Source of the DNA: Candidatus Falkowbacteria bacterium HGW-Falkowbacteria-1
GTDB lineage: Bacteria; Patescibacteriota; Patescibacteriia; Patescibacteriales; UBA12465
Assembly (NCBI GenBank): GCA_002840305.1
Contig: PHAI01000002.1
Location: forward strand, 74,707-138,706
Length of the DNA stretch: 64,000 nucleotides
Direction of reading: 5' to 3'
Numbering within the stretch: the first letter of the stretch is position 1; each line of letters begins with the position of its first letter. A program made the position numbers and the translations under genes. The notes beneath the pieces were generated by a model. It saw only the letters and a list, made by a program, of their open reading frames with translations. It had not been told where the DNA came from and did not search any database. Shown piece by piece: positions 17,907-27,290 of this stretch.

Positions 17907-18301
17907 AGACCTATTTTAATAGCTATAAAATAAGTAATTAATGAAACAGAAGAGGCAAGAATTGTTCCCCAGATTAAATCAACGAAGGTCACCAAGAGAG
18001 GCCAATTTTTAATAGTGGCAAGATTAGTTAAATCATAAGTAGCATAGGTTATTAAGCCAAACAAAGCCCCCAACAGTATTGCCTGTTTCCACGAATTTTT
18101 ATCAAGAGCTGGGGTAATAACAAATATAACCAAACCGACAATAAAAAGTAAATAAAAAATTATCGCAGCAAGCCAGTTAACATTTGTTTTCATTAAAAAA
18201 CCAATTTGTTTAGCATAAAAGCCTTTAGCTACTAAGCCAAGCCAAATTATATCAATACCCAAAAAAACTGGCAAAGCTATAAAATAAAGTTTTATAAACA
18301 T
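17903..18301 (-). CDS. DUF2177 family membrane protein
   Basis: This is a 132-aa 4-TM protein. Its N-terminal pattern, LPVFLGIDIIWLGLVAKGFYAKQIG, is typical of DUF2177 (family recalled from memory). Confidence 0.6.
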   Translation of the reverse strand: MFIKLYFIALPVFLGIDIIWLGLVAKGFYAKQIGFLMKTNVNWLAAIIFYLLFIVGLVIFVITPALDKNSWKQAILLGALFGLITYATYDLTNLATIKNWPLLVTFVDLIWGTILASSVSLITYFIAIKIGL

Positions 18302-18302
18302 A

Positions 18303-18698
18303 TTATTTATTTAAATAAGTAATAGTTAATTGCAAAACCGTTGCAAAGGAAACCCAAATTAAATAAGGGACTTGAATATATGTAATCCAATGAGAATAAT
18401 GATAAATGGCCACCATGGCCCAAATAAGAGTAATTAAAACCAAAAGAATGTCGATACCGGCTAATAAATTATTTTTTAATCCAAACTGCAGTGATGTAAA
18501 AGATAAGTTGAAAATAATATTAAGAATAAATGGCAACGCTACAATAAAAGGTATTTGTTTTTGCCATGTCATCATAAAGACTTTTCCGAATGAAATGATA
18601 ATCAGAACGTAAAGGAATGTCCAGACAGGCCCAAACAGCCAAGACGGTGGCGACCAAGAAGGCTTAATTAATTGTGAGTACCAATTGTATGTATTCAT
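18303..18698 (-). CDS. tspO: TspO/MBR family protein, short form lacking TM1
   Basis: WYSQLIKPSWSPPSWLFGPVWTFLYVLI is the TspO loop1/TM2 signature. It begins at residue 6, so no TM1 precedes it. The upstream in-frame sequence contains stops. Confidence 0.8.
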   Translation of the reverse strand: MNTYNWYSQLIKPSWSPPSWLFGPVWTFLYVLIIISFGKVFMMTWQKQIPFIVALPFILNIIFNLSFTSLQFGLKNNLLAGIDILLVLITLIWAMVAIYHYSHWITYIQVPYLIWVSFATVLQLTITYLNK

Positions 18699-18825
18699 AT
18701 ATATTAATTATACATCAAAAACATTATTAAATAAATAGGAGTTAGAATTATAATTTCTTTTCTCTAATCTCAAAAAAAATCATTTTTATATCAAAATCTT
18801 ACAATTTATAAGTTAAAAAATCAAT

Positions 18826-18855
18826 ACAAAAGGCACCTCTTAATAAAGGCGCCTT
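18826..18855 (-). terminator. Hairpin plus short U-run downstream of tRNA-Gln
   Basis: The minus-strand RNA folds as AAGGCGCC-loop-GGUGCCUU (one G-U pair), followed by UUUG. Confidence 0.45.
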
Positions 18856-18874
18856 TTGCTCAAAAATGTGCTCG

Positions 18875-18945
18875 CTCGGGGACTAGGATTCGAACCCAGA
18901 TAAACAGGACCAGAACCTGTTGTCCTACCATTAGACGATCCCCGA
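18875..18945 (-). tRNA. tRNA-Gln (anticodon CUG)
   Basis: Hand-folded cloverleaf, 71 nt:
- Acceptor stem TCGGGGA/TCCCCGA (U1-A72) with discriminator G.
- D arm GTCT-AATGGTA-GGAC.
- Anticodon arm ACAGG-TTCTGGT-CCTGT.
- T arm CTGGG-TTCGAAT-CCTAG.
- No encoded CCA. Confidence 0.9.
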
Positions 18946-18994
18946 AAAAAATAAGATTCTCAAAATTATCAAGATTCTTATTAAATATTCAATT

Positions 18995-20452
18995 TTATGC
19001 TCTTGGTTTCATTAAAGGAAACAGACTGGTTTCCCTGACTGGTTTATCGGCTAAAAAGGCAAACAATCTCTCACCAAAACCAAAACCACAGGTTGGAGGC
19101 ATTCCATGTTCTAACATCTCCACAAATTCAAAATCAGGCATCATGGCCTCTTCGTCACCACGATCAATCAAAAGCTGTTGCTCCTCAAACCTTTTTCTCT
19201 GTTCAACTGGATTGTTCAGCTCGCTATAACCATTACCAACCTCACTTCCTGCTATTATTATTTGAAATCTTTCAGTTAAATCAGTATTATCTTCCTTTGA
19301 TTTGGCTAACGGAGAAACTAGTTTAGGGTGATTTATCAAAAAAGCCGGTCCGGCAATACTTTTTCGACAATACTTCCAGAGTGTATCAACCAATCTTTCT
19401 CTGGTTTTTCCGTCATATTTTACTTTCAATTCTTGTAATTTGTCCATCATTTCCTTTTCGGTTGATTTTAAAACATCAATACCTGTTTGTTTCAGAACTT
19501 CAGTTTGGTAGTCTATCTCTTTCCATTCCTCTGCCAAATCATATTCATAATCTTTGGTTTTAAATTTTGTTGTACCAAAAACTTGTACAGCTATTTCTCT
19601 ATATAATTCTTGGGTTATTTTCATCCCATCACTATAATTAGCATAAGCCCAATAAAACTCCATATTGGTAAATTCCTGCAAATGATCAGGGCTACTGCCT
19701 TCATTTCTGAATATTTTACCGATTTCAAAGGTTTTTTCATATCCAGCAGCCATTAACCTCTTTTGCCACAACTCCCCTACTGAGATTCTTAAATATACAT
19801 CTAAATCAAAGTCGTTATGATGTGTTTTGAATGGTCTAGCCTCAGCTCCACCAGTTGTTGTCTCTAAAATTGGTGTTTCTACCTCAAAAAAACCCTTCTT
19901 TATCATAAAATCACGAGTAACTTGCCAAAATTTGGCTTTTTTAACAAACAAATCCCTTAATTCATCATTCAACAACAAATCTAAATAACGTTTTCTTAAT
20001 TTTTCTTCCTCATCTTTGAGCCCGTGCCATTTTTCTGGCAGTGGCGACAATGCTTTACTTAAAACCTTATATGATTTAACTAATATACTATTCTCCCCTT
20101 TATGCGTTACGAAACAAGTTCCACCGACTTCTAAAAAATCAGCCATGTCAATCAGTTTGACAAAATTTTTGTAATCATCAACGCCCAATTCGTTTTTAGA
20201 AAAAGCTAACTGAATATTTCCAGAAGTATCTTTCAAATTAGCAAAACTCAAGTTACCATGAGTTCTGATAGTCAAAATTCTACCAGCCAAAAAAACTTCT
20301 TTTTTTTCTTTTTCTAAATCAGAAAAATTATCTAAAACTTCCGATATTAAATGGCTCCTATTAACCTTACTAGGATAAGGATTACAAATAGAATTTAATT
20401 TATTTAATTTTTCTTGACGATCAGCTTGTTCGCTGACTATACTATTTTCCAT
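18995..20452 (-). CDS. lysS: Lysyl-tRNA synthetase, class II
   Basis: An OB anticodon-binding N-domain is followed by class II motifs (FRNEGSSPDHLQEFTNMEFY, GFGFGERL). The track ORF starts at 20509 but would overlap greA. The ATG at 20452 (MENSIVSEQ...) lies 4 nt after the greA stop and is preferred. Confidence 0.88.
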   Translation of the reverse strand: MENSIVSEQADRQEKLNKLNSICNPYPSKVNRSHLISEVLDNFSDLEKEKKEVFLAGRILTIRTHGNLSFANLKDTSGNIQLAFSKNELGVDDYKNFVKLIDMADFLEVGGTCFVTHKGENSILVKSYKVLSKALSPLPEKWHGLKDEEEKLRKRYLDLLLNDELRDLFVKKAKFWQVTRDFMIKKGFFEVETPILETTTGGAEARPFKTHHNDFDLDVYLRISVGELWQKRLMAAGYEKTFEIGKIFRNEGSSPDHLQEFTNMEFYWAYANYSDGMKITQELYREIAVQVFGTTKFKTKDYEYDLAEEWKEIDYQTEVLKQTGIDVLKSTEKEMMDKLQELKVKYDGKTRERLVDTLWKYCRKSIAGPAFLINHPKLVSPLAKSKEDNTDLTERFQIIIAGSEVGNGYSELNNPVEQRKRFEEQQLLIDRGDEEAMMPDFEFVEMLEHGMPPTCGFGFGERLFAFLADKPVRETSLFPLMKPRA

Positions 20453-20456
20453 ATTT

Positions 20457-20918
20457 TTATTTAACATCAATAATTTTGTATTCAAACTCACCTTTTGGCG
20501 TTTCGACAACTACATCATCTCCTTTTTTCTTACCTAAAAAAGCCATCCCTAATGGTGATTCATTTGATATCTTTCCATTCAAAGGATCAGCTTCGTTAAA
20601 ACTAACAATTAAATATTCTCTTTCTTTACCATTTGAAAAAACTTTTATTTTTGATCCCATATCAATTTTTCCTTTTTCCTTGATAACATGCTCAACTATT
20701 TCAACATTTTTTAAAATACCCATTAATTCCAAAATTCTTCCCTCGTTTAAAGCTTGTGCGTCTTTAGCCTCACTATATTCAGCGTTTTCGCTTAAATCTC
20801 CCAACTCTTTAGCCCTTTCTATTCTTTCAGCAATTTCCTTTCTCTTGACGGTTCCTAAAAAATCTAATTCTTCTTTTAATTTATTATAGCCTTCTTGGGT
20901 TATAATTTGATTTTCCAT
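20457..20918 (-). CDS. greA: Transcription elongation factor GreA
   Basis: ITQEGYNKLKEELDFL...RIERAKELGDLSENAEYSEAK is the canonical GreA coiled-coil tip. Length is 153 aa. Confidence 0.92.
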   Translation of the reverse strand: MENQIITQEGYNKLKEELDFLGTVKRKEIAERIERAKELGDLSENAEYSEAKDAQALNEGRILELMGILKNVEIVEHVIKEKGKIDMGSKIKVFSNGKEREYLIVSFNEADPLNGKISNESPLGMAFLGKKKGDDVVVETPKGEFEYKIIDVK

Positions 20919-21042
20919 AAATTTTTTTAAAAATTATTATAAGCTTTTAAAATATAGCAACTTTTTATAAATAATACAAGATTATTCACCTTTTTTGTTA
21001 TTATTTTCAATTTATACTTCTTTCGGTCTTTTTTTGACGTTT

Positions 21043-21666
21043 TTACGGCCAAAAAAGCAAGCTCAGTAAATATAACACCAACAAATGTGCTGGATAGAAT
21101 GAGTATTGGAGCAATCTATTGATCCTGAAATCATATTTTTGAAAATAATAAATAATAAAGAAGGCTGGTATAGAAAAAATCTGAAAAATACTATTTGGAT
21201 TTAATAGCGCAAAAATAAAAACTAAAATAGACTGCCCTGGAATCATTAAAAAATTCTTTCTAAAAATAAAAAATAAAAGTATCATCAATACTCCATAAAC
21301 ACCATATTCAACATTCAAGACATAAGCCGAGGCAATGCTCAAAATTAAGAACAAAAGGTTTAGATAATTTTTAAAAATACGATCATAAAAATATATAGCT
21401 AACAATCCTAAAAATAAAGTAAAACATATATTTAAATAAGATTCACTTATAGCTAAATAAAAAATAGGTTGTGATATTATGGCTAATACCAATAATCTTT
21501 GCCCATATTTTTTGACATCTCTAGTTCTCGTATAACCAATGGCTACCCCCCAGGCAAAAAGAGGTAAGGCCAAGCGACCAATGATTCTAAAAATCAAAAA
21601 ATCTGGGAAAAAGGTAAACCCAAGGTGATCGATTAACATTGTTACTATGGCCAATATCTTTAACAT
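21043..21666 (-). CDS. TraX-family membrane protein (putative acyltransferase-like)
   Basis: The N-terminal LKILAIVTMLIDHLG motif is typical of TraX. The protein is polytopic. Confidence 0.6.
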   Translation of the reverse strand: MLKILAIVTMLIDHLGFTFFPDFLIFRIIGRLALPLFAWGVAIGYTRTRDVKKYGQRLLVLAIISQPIFYLAISESYLNICFTLFLGLLAIYFYDRIFKNYLNLLFLILSIASAYVLNVEYGVYGVLMILLFFIFRKNFLMIPGQSILVFIFALLNPNSIFQIFSIPAFFIIYYFQKYDFRINRLLQYSFYPAHLLVLYLLSLLFWP

Positions 21667-23177
21667 ATTTCTTTAGTTGAATGACAAAAATTTAAAAATA
21701 AAACTAAAATAATTATATAAGAGATACCTAAGGGGTGATTTAAATAAGGTGTAAAAAAATTAACAGCACTTATCGATATAATTCCTAAAAAAATAGCCAA
21801 AAAATTAAAATTTTGTTTATCAAAAAAATAAAATAACGACTTTTTTAAAATTAAGAAAATTAATACAAAATAAGCTAGAAAGCCAAAAATACCCATTTTT
21901 AGTAGGATATCGAGCCAGCCCCATTCAAAGGTGTAAGTAGAGTATTTGCCGTCTGGACTACTTTCTAAAACCCTTGGATCGCTGGAAAAATACTCCAATC
22001 TAGCTCCGAATCCCCTACCAAATAAAAAATTAGCCCTCAAATCATCCTTTATTACATCAAGCAGCGCCCAGCGAGAAGATATAGCCGATTCGTTTGAAGT
22101 AATATTAGCTCTATCGGATATACTATCCATGCCAAATTCGTTGTTGATATTTGGCCAAGGAAACTTAATTACGATAAAAATAATAGATAATGACAGTATT
22201 AACGTTAAAAATATTTGACCAAAATAATTAACAGTTTTTTTTAGTTTAAACTTATAGACAGAAATAAACAAAAGAAAAATCAAAGAAGAAACTAAACCAA
22301 ACCAGAAGCTCCTGGAAAAACTAATAACTACGGTTGAGATAAAAAATGATGATAATATTATTAAATAACTTTTTTCTTTTATCTTCTTAGAAGAAAGCAA
22401 AGCCGAAAGAGAAAAAAACAAGGCCAACAAATTGAAAATTTGATTTTGGAAAAAAATTCTATAGACTCCATTGTTCATGTTGGTTATTTCGCCCAAGGCA
22501 TAAACTCTAGTCCAAGAATACAGATCAGAAATTATTGGTCTTAAATCATGAGAAAATAGAAACAAAAAAAGTAAAGACTTAAAACAAACATAAAGAGCGA
22601 TTCCCATAAATAACAACGCTATGTCTTGCCAAAAAAGTTTTTTCTCCTTTTGATCTTGAAAATGGATAACAAAACCAAAAGGTAGAATCAAAGTAAAATA
22701 AAGCCAAGCATTAAAGTCAAAGAAAACATCGCCAAAGCTATTTCTGAATAAACCCAAGAAAAAGGCCAAAACAATGAATACGGCTAGATATAAAAAATTA
22801 TTTTTAAAAATTAAATCTTTATATACTTTTCCAATTATTTTTTTATCTTTTAATGTCTTTAGTATTATCTTAGCTAAAAAAATAGACATCAAAATGAGCC
22901 ACAAAGAAATTCGAAGCGATATTTTAAGACCACCATATTCATAATAGAAAAGATAACCCATTGAATTTAAAAAAACTTCCGCTAAAACAAAATACAATCC
23001 CAACTTCAACTTATAAAGACTGAGCAAAATAAAAACAACTACTATTGCAAAGAATATAACAGTATTTAAGACCGGGAAATTAAAGGATACAAAAGATAAC
23101 ATCTCCAAAAAAAGAGATGCTAAAAAAATGAAAAATATAATTTTTTTATTTTTAGTTAAAAAATCAAAATTCAACAT
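21660..23177 (-). CDS. O-antigen ligase/polymerase-like (Wzy_C-type) membrane protein
   Basis: It has about 12 TM segments and one larger extracytoplasmic loop, and sits in a glycosyltransferase/flippase cluster. The call rests on architecture and context. Confidence 0.55.
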   Translation of the reverse strand: MLNFDFLTKNKKIIFFIFLASLFLEMLSFVSFNFPVLNTVIFFAIVVVFILLSLYKLKLGLYFVLAEVFLNSMGYLFYYEYGGLKISLRISLWLILMSIFLAKIILKTLKDKKIIGKVYKDLIFKNNFLYLAVFIVLAFFLGLFRNSFGDVFFDFNAWLYFTLILPFGFVIHFQDQKEKKLFWQDIALLFMGIALYVCFKSLLFLFLFSHDLRPIISDLYSWTRVYALGEITNMNNGVYRIFFQNQIFNLLALFFSLSALLSSKKIKEKSYLIILSSFFISTVVISFSRSFWFGLVSSLIFLLFISVYKFKLKKTVNYFGQIFLTLILSLSIIFIVIKFPWPNINNEFGMDSISDRANITSNESAISSRWALLDVIKDDLRANFLFGRGFGARLEYFSSDPRVLESSPDGKYSTYTFEWGWLDILLKMGIFGFLAYFVLIFLILKKSLFYFFDKQNFNFLAIFLGIISISAVNFFTPYLNHPLGISYIIILVLFLNFCHSTKEIC

Positions 23178-23178
23178 T

Positions 23179-23880
23179 TCAAGATAAATTATGTTTTGTT
23201 TTTATAATTTTTACCGCCTGTTTATATTTTTTCACTGATGGTAAAAAAGGAAAAGCTTTGTAAGCGAAAGCCGGAATCCAAGAACTTATTGTGCCCACTG
23301 GCTTTACTTTAAATAATACTTCTTCAATAAAAATACCCTGATGTCCACATTCTAACATTGTTAACCACAAATCCCAATCTTGAAGTTTTTTAATACTCTC
23401 ATCCCAGGCTTTTTCCGGAAAAGATTCTCTCCTGATTAAAGACATGGTGTGAATATACGGCATTTTCTTTAATTTCTCGGTATCAAAAGGCCATAGTTTG
23501 AATAATTTTTTTCCCCAATAAAAAGAAGAATAGGCATAAGCAGCCGAAGGATTTTCTTCTAATTTTGTTAACATTTTTTCTAAAGCATCTGACTTTAAGA
23601 TGGCATCAGCATCACAAAAAAACAAATACTTACCCCTAGCTTCTTTTAAGCCTCTGTTTCTAGCAGCTGGAGCTCCTTTGTTTTCTTGGTTTATAAAATA
23701 ATAATCATTTTCTAATTTAAATGTTTCAGCAAATTTTTCAAAAACAGACCGAGTATTATCTTTCGAGCCATCATTAACAATCACTACTTCAAAGTCGCGA
23801 TAAGTTTGTTTTTCAATACTATTGACAGTGCCCACTAAAGTTTTCTCTCCGTTGTAAACTGGAATTATAATTGAAATCAT
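23179..23880 (-). CDS. Glycosyltransferase family 2
   Basis: ISIIIPVYNGEKTL...VIVNDGSKDNT...FCDADA gives the DxD motif. Confidence 0.88.
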   Translation of the reverse strand: MISIIIPVYNGEKTLVGTVNSIEKQTYRDFEVVIVNDGSKDNTRSVFEKFAETFKLENDYYFINQENKGAPAARNRGLKEARGKYLFFCDADAILKSDALEKMLTKLEENPSAAYAYSSFYWGKKLFKLWPFDTEKLKKMPYIHTMSLIRRESFPEKAWDESIKKLQDWDLWLTMLECGHQGIFIEEVLFKVKPVGTISSWIPAFAYKAFPFLPSVKKYKQAVKIIKTKHNLS

Positions 23881-23897
23881 AATACTAACACTTATTA

Positions 23898-24989
23898 TTA
23901 CTTTGTTAAAAACTGATATATTTTATCAACCTGTTTTATCCAATCAAAATCTCTTAAAACTCTCTGACGCCCTCGTTGACCAAGTTTTTCTCTTAAAGCC
24001 TTATTATCTGATAATTTTCTAATAGCCCTAGCAATGTCTTCCTCGCTCTCTGGGTTTACCAACAGTCCGTTAACGCCATCTAAAACTGCATCTGAAACTC
24101 CACCGCTATTTCCCGCTATAACAGCCTTGGAGGCTAAATTGGCCTCTAGATAAACAATCCCAAAGCCTTCAAAGTCGCCAGAAATGTTTCTGGCTGGCAT
24201 AATAAAAATATCAGATAAAGACAAAAAAGTCCATTTTTCCTCTTCCGTTATTTCTCCAGTGAAAATAATCTTATCACTCCAAATTTGACCTATATTTTTT
24301 CTAGCTATTTCTTTTATATATTCTTCATCTGGTCCTTTCCCGGAAATAACATAAACCAAATCGTCGTTGCCGGATTTTATTAGCTCTTTAAAAGCTAAAA
24401 TAACATAATCAAAGCCTTTTCTCTTCACTAACCTGCCAAGACTAAATAATATTTTTTTATTATCCAATTTGTATTTAGTCTTAAGCTCTTGTTCTTTTTC
24501 TAAACTTCTAAAATTGAAATCTTTGGCCCCAGGATTAACGACAACGCACTTCCCTTCTTGATCTAAAAATTTATTCAACATTTTAAATACCTCCGAATTT
24601 GCACAAACTATTTTTTCTGCTTTTCTTAAAATTAATTTAGTTAAAAATCTCTTCCATTTGTTTCTAAGAGCTAAAGAAAAATCCATACCATGAAGGAAAA
24701 CTGTATATTTTATTTTTAAAATATCTGCTAAAATAAAAACAATAATTCCTAGAGGCAAAATATGACCAACTAGAACATGTTTTATTTTATTTTTTTTAAC
24801 AAATCTATAGAAACTAAAAAACCCAGGCAACCATCTCAATATTCCCTTTTTTCTTATCAATTGATTATTGTTATTGTCCAAAACCAAAATATCAGAAGAT
24901 TTCGGCCAGTAGTAAACCAAATTAGTATAATAATTAGCCACACCTCCTTTAAAAGGAAAATATTCTAATGTAAAAAGTAAAAATTTCAT
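23898..24989 (-). CDS. Glycosyltransferase family 4 (GT-B)
   Basis: The C-terminal E-x7-E region reads EGFGIVYLEANLASKAVIAGNSGG, within a typical GT-B layout. Confidence 0.85.
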   Translation of the reverse strand: MKFLLFTLEYFPFKGGVANYYTNLVYYWPKSSDILVLDNNNNQLIRKKGILRWLPGFFSFYRFVKKNKIKHVLVGHILPLGIIVFILADILKIKYTVFLHGMDFSLALRNKWKRFLTKLILRKAEKIVCANSEVFKMLNKFLDQEGKCVVVNPGAKDFNFRSLEKEQELKTKYKLDNKKILFSLGRLVKRKGFDYVILAFKELIKSGNDDLVYVISGKGPDEEYIKEIARKNIGQIWSDKIIFTGEITEEEKWTFLSLSDIFIMPARNISGDFEGFGIVYLEANLASKAVIAGNSGGVSDAVLDGVNGLLVNPESEEDIARAIRKLSDNKALREKLGQRGRQRVLRDFDWIKQVDKIYQFLTK

Positions 24990-24994
24990 ATTTT

Positions 24995-26446
24995 TTATTT
25001 TTTAGATAATTTAAAAGAATTTATAAGATATAAAATTTCGTCCTTTTTAAATCCTCCAGAAAAAAATAAAAACAAGAAATAAATAACAGCCGACAAAGAA
25101 CAAAGCAAGAATATATTTATTGAGTTTTTTAATAAGAAAATAAACAAACCCATAATTAAAGATGCTAATAAAATTTTTACAAATATTAAAAAATTGTCTT
25201 TCAAGCTATAAGATATTATCTTCTTACATTCAATAATACCTAAAACGAACATTAAAGCATTGCTGGCCAAAACGGCGATCGAGGCTCCAACGGCTTGAAA
25301 TCTTGGAATAAGTATAATATTTAAAATAATAGAAACCGTTAATGCCACTAACATGTTTCTGGTGTTTTTCGCTTGTTTATCGCAAGCATTCAAAAGTGAT
25401 CCTAAAGGGAAATTTAAAAAAATAAAAATTAAAGAAATTATTGAAATCTTAAGTGGTAGATTTGCTTCGCTGTAATTACTTTTAAAAATTAAAATTATCT
25501 TATCTGACAATAGAAAAATAGCCAAAGAAATAGGAATAGAAATCAGTAATAAATAATCAATCGATCTTTTAAAGGTAGTCTTTAGTTGCTCCCTATTATT
25601 TTGCCAATAAAAGCTCATAGCTGGATAGAGGGAGGCCACGAAAGCCATTGGCAAAAATTGTAAAGCAAAAATTATTTTAAAAGAAACCTGATAAATACCT
25701 ACATAATAATCACCAGAAAAAAAAGATAATAAGACAGAATCTAAATAAGTGTGTAGTCTTTGAAATATACCAAAAAGAGCGAATGGCAAGCTCGCTAAAA
25801 CTATCTTTTTTATAAAAAGAAAATTAAAAGATAAATAAACCGGAATCTTTATTTTTACTTTTAGAATTAAATAAGAATATATAAAATTAAAAACACTGGC
25901 CAGAACTAAAGAAGCCATTATTATTCTAAGGTCTAGCTTTAAAAATAAAAAAAGACAGCCGAACGCTAGAACTATTAATTGAAAGATTACCGAAGAAATG
26001 CTTTCAAACTTTAAATTATGAAAACCCCTGGCTGAGCCAAAAAAAGTTAAGGTAAAAGAATCTAAAACCATACAGATCGAAGAAATATAAACTAGTTGCT
26101 TAGTCAAAACATCATGATTTCCTAAAAAATTGATGAATAAAAAAACGGCTAAAATAGAAATGAAACTAAAGATAAACTTAAGGCCCAGTATATTAGACAA
26201 CAACAATTTTGATTCCTCTTTGTTCTTGGCGGTTTCCCTTGTTAAATAATTAACTAAACCCAAATCAATAAATATCGCGAAGATAGTAGTAAAAGATATA
26301 GCGAAATAATATTTTCCCAAGCTTTCTGGTCCCAAGCTCCTAGCTAAAATTACAAAATAAAAAAAAGAAATAACTTTTTGAATAATTAAAGCCAAAGTCA
26401 AATAAGAGGTATTTTTAGCGATGTTTTTTATTTTATTATCATCCAT
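24995..26446 (-). CDS. Wzx-type polysaccharide flippase (MOP superfamily)
   Basis: It has about 12-14 TM segments, and the N-terminus AKNTSYLTLALIIQKVISFFYFVILAR is typical of Wzx. The track ORF starts at a TTG (26485); the ATG at 26446 (MDDNKIKN...) is preferred. Confidence 0.75.
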   Translation of the reverse strand: MDDNKIKNIAKNTSYLTLALIIQKVISFFYFVILARSLGPESLGKYYFAISFTTIFAIFIDLGLVNYLTRETAKNKEESKLLLSNILGLKFIFSFISILAVFLFINFLGNHDVLTKQLVYISSICMVLDSFTLTFFGSARGFHNLKFESISSVIFQLIVLAFGCLFLFLKLDLRIIMASLVLASVFNFIYSYLILKVKIKIPVYLSFNFLFIKKIVLASLPFALFGIFQRLHTYLDSVLLSFFSGDYYVGIYQVSFKIIFALQFLPMAFVASLYPAMSFYWQNNREQLKTTFKRSIDYLLLISIPISLAIFLLSDKIILIFKSNYSEANLPLKISIISLIFIFLNFPLGSLLNACDKQAKNTRNMLVALTVSIILNIILIPRFQAVGASIAVLASNALMFVLGIIECKKIISYSLKDNFLIFVKILLASLIMGLFIFLLKNSINIFLLCSLSAVIYFLFLFFSGGFKKDEILYLINSFKLSKK

Positions 26447-26608
26447 ATTAATTATTATTATAGCATAAGAAGGTTTTATCAACAAACTTGTTTATATTAA
26501 ATTTATCTTAAATTTAGGTACATTCGTTTAAAATAAAATAAATCTTACAATTAAAAAGTAATCGGGCTCTTATCCAAAAAACAGATAGGTTCAATTGCTT
26601 TAGTGTTT

Positions 26609-27289
26609 ATGAAAATTTTAATAATAGAAGATGACAAAAAAACAAGTAATCTTCTTAAAGATTCTTTAAAAAAAGAATTTTTTACAGTTGATTTATCTGA
26701 AACTGGAGATGATGGAATTTATATATTTCAAACTAATACTTATGACCTGATTTTAGTGGATTATAATTTACCAGGTAAAAACGGCGATGAAGTTATAACT
26801 GAAATTAGAAAAGAAAATAAAAAAGTTCCAATAATAGCTCTCACTGTAGAGGCCGAACAGTCAATGAAAAACAAATTATTTAATATGGAAATAGACGACT
26901 ACATAACCAAACCATTTATTTTTGAAGATTTGCTCACTAGAATAAAAGCTGTAATGCGTCGCCCAAGAGAAATAAAGAGTCAAATTTATAAAATAGACGA
27001 TCTTTTTGTTGATGTAGAAAAGCACGCAGTAAAAAGGGGCAAGAATAAAATTTATCTTACTTTTAAAGAATTAATGCTCTTGGAATATTTTCTAAAAAAC
27101 CAAGGAAAAATTTTATCAAGAACGGTGTTAATGGAAAACGTTTGGGACTTTAATGCTGATCCGTTTTCCAACACCATAGAATCACATATTTTAAAGATAA
27201 GAAAAAAAATAAATCCCAACAAAGACAAGAGGGATTTAATACATACAATAAAAGGCCGTGGCTATAAACTGGATTTAAGTAAATGGTAA
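26609..27289 (+). CDS. OmpR-family response regulator (REC plus winged helix)
   Basis: The REC domain shows KILIIEDD...DLILVDYNLPGKNG, giving the phospho-acceptor Asp. The C-terminal trans_reg_C pattern is LTFKELMLLEYF...TIKGRGYKL. No histidine kinase is adjacent. ATG 26609 is preferred over GTG 26603. Confidence 0.88.
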   Translation: MKILIIEDDKKTSNLLKDSLKKEFFTVDLSETGDDGIYIFQTNTYDLILVDYNLPGKNGDEVITEIRKENKKVPIIALTVEAEQSMKNKLFNMEIDDYITKPFIFEDLLTRIKAVMRRPREIKSQIYKIDDLFVDVEKHAVKRGKNKIYLTFKELMLLEYFLKNQGKILSRTVLMENVWDFNADPFSNTIESHILKIRKKINPNKDKRDLIHTIKGRGYKLDLSKW

Positions 27290-27290
27290 C

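Noticed and set aside
20453-20509. Longer lysS start overlapping greA by 53 nt
   Set aside because: The ATG at 20452 lies 4 nt after the greA stop and removes the overlap. The extra residues (MSKRQKVSLNTKLLMLNKN) are not part of conserved LysS N-termini as far as I can judge.
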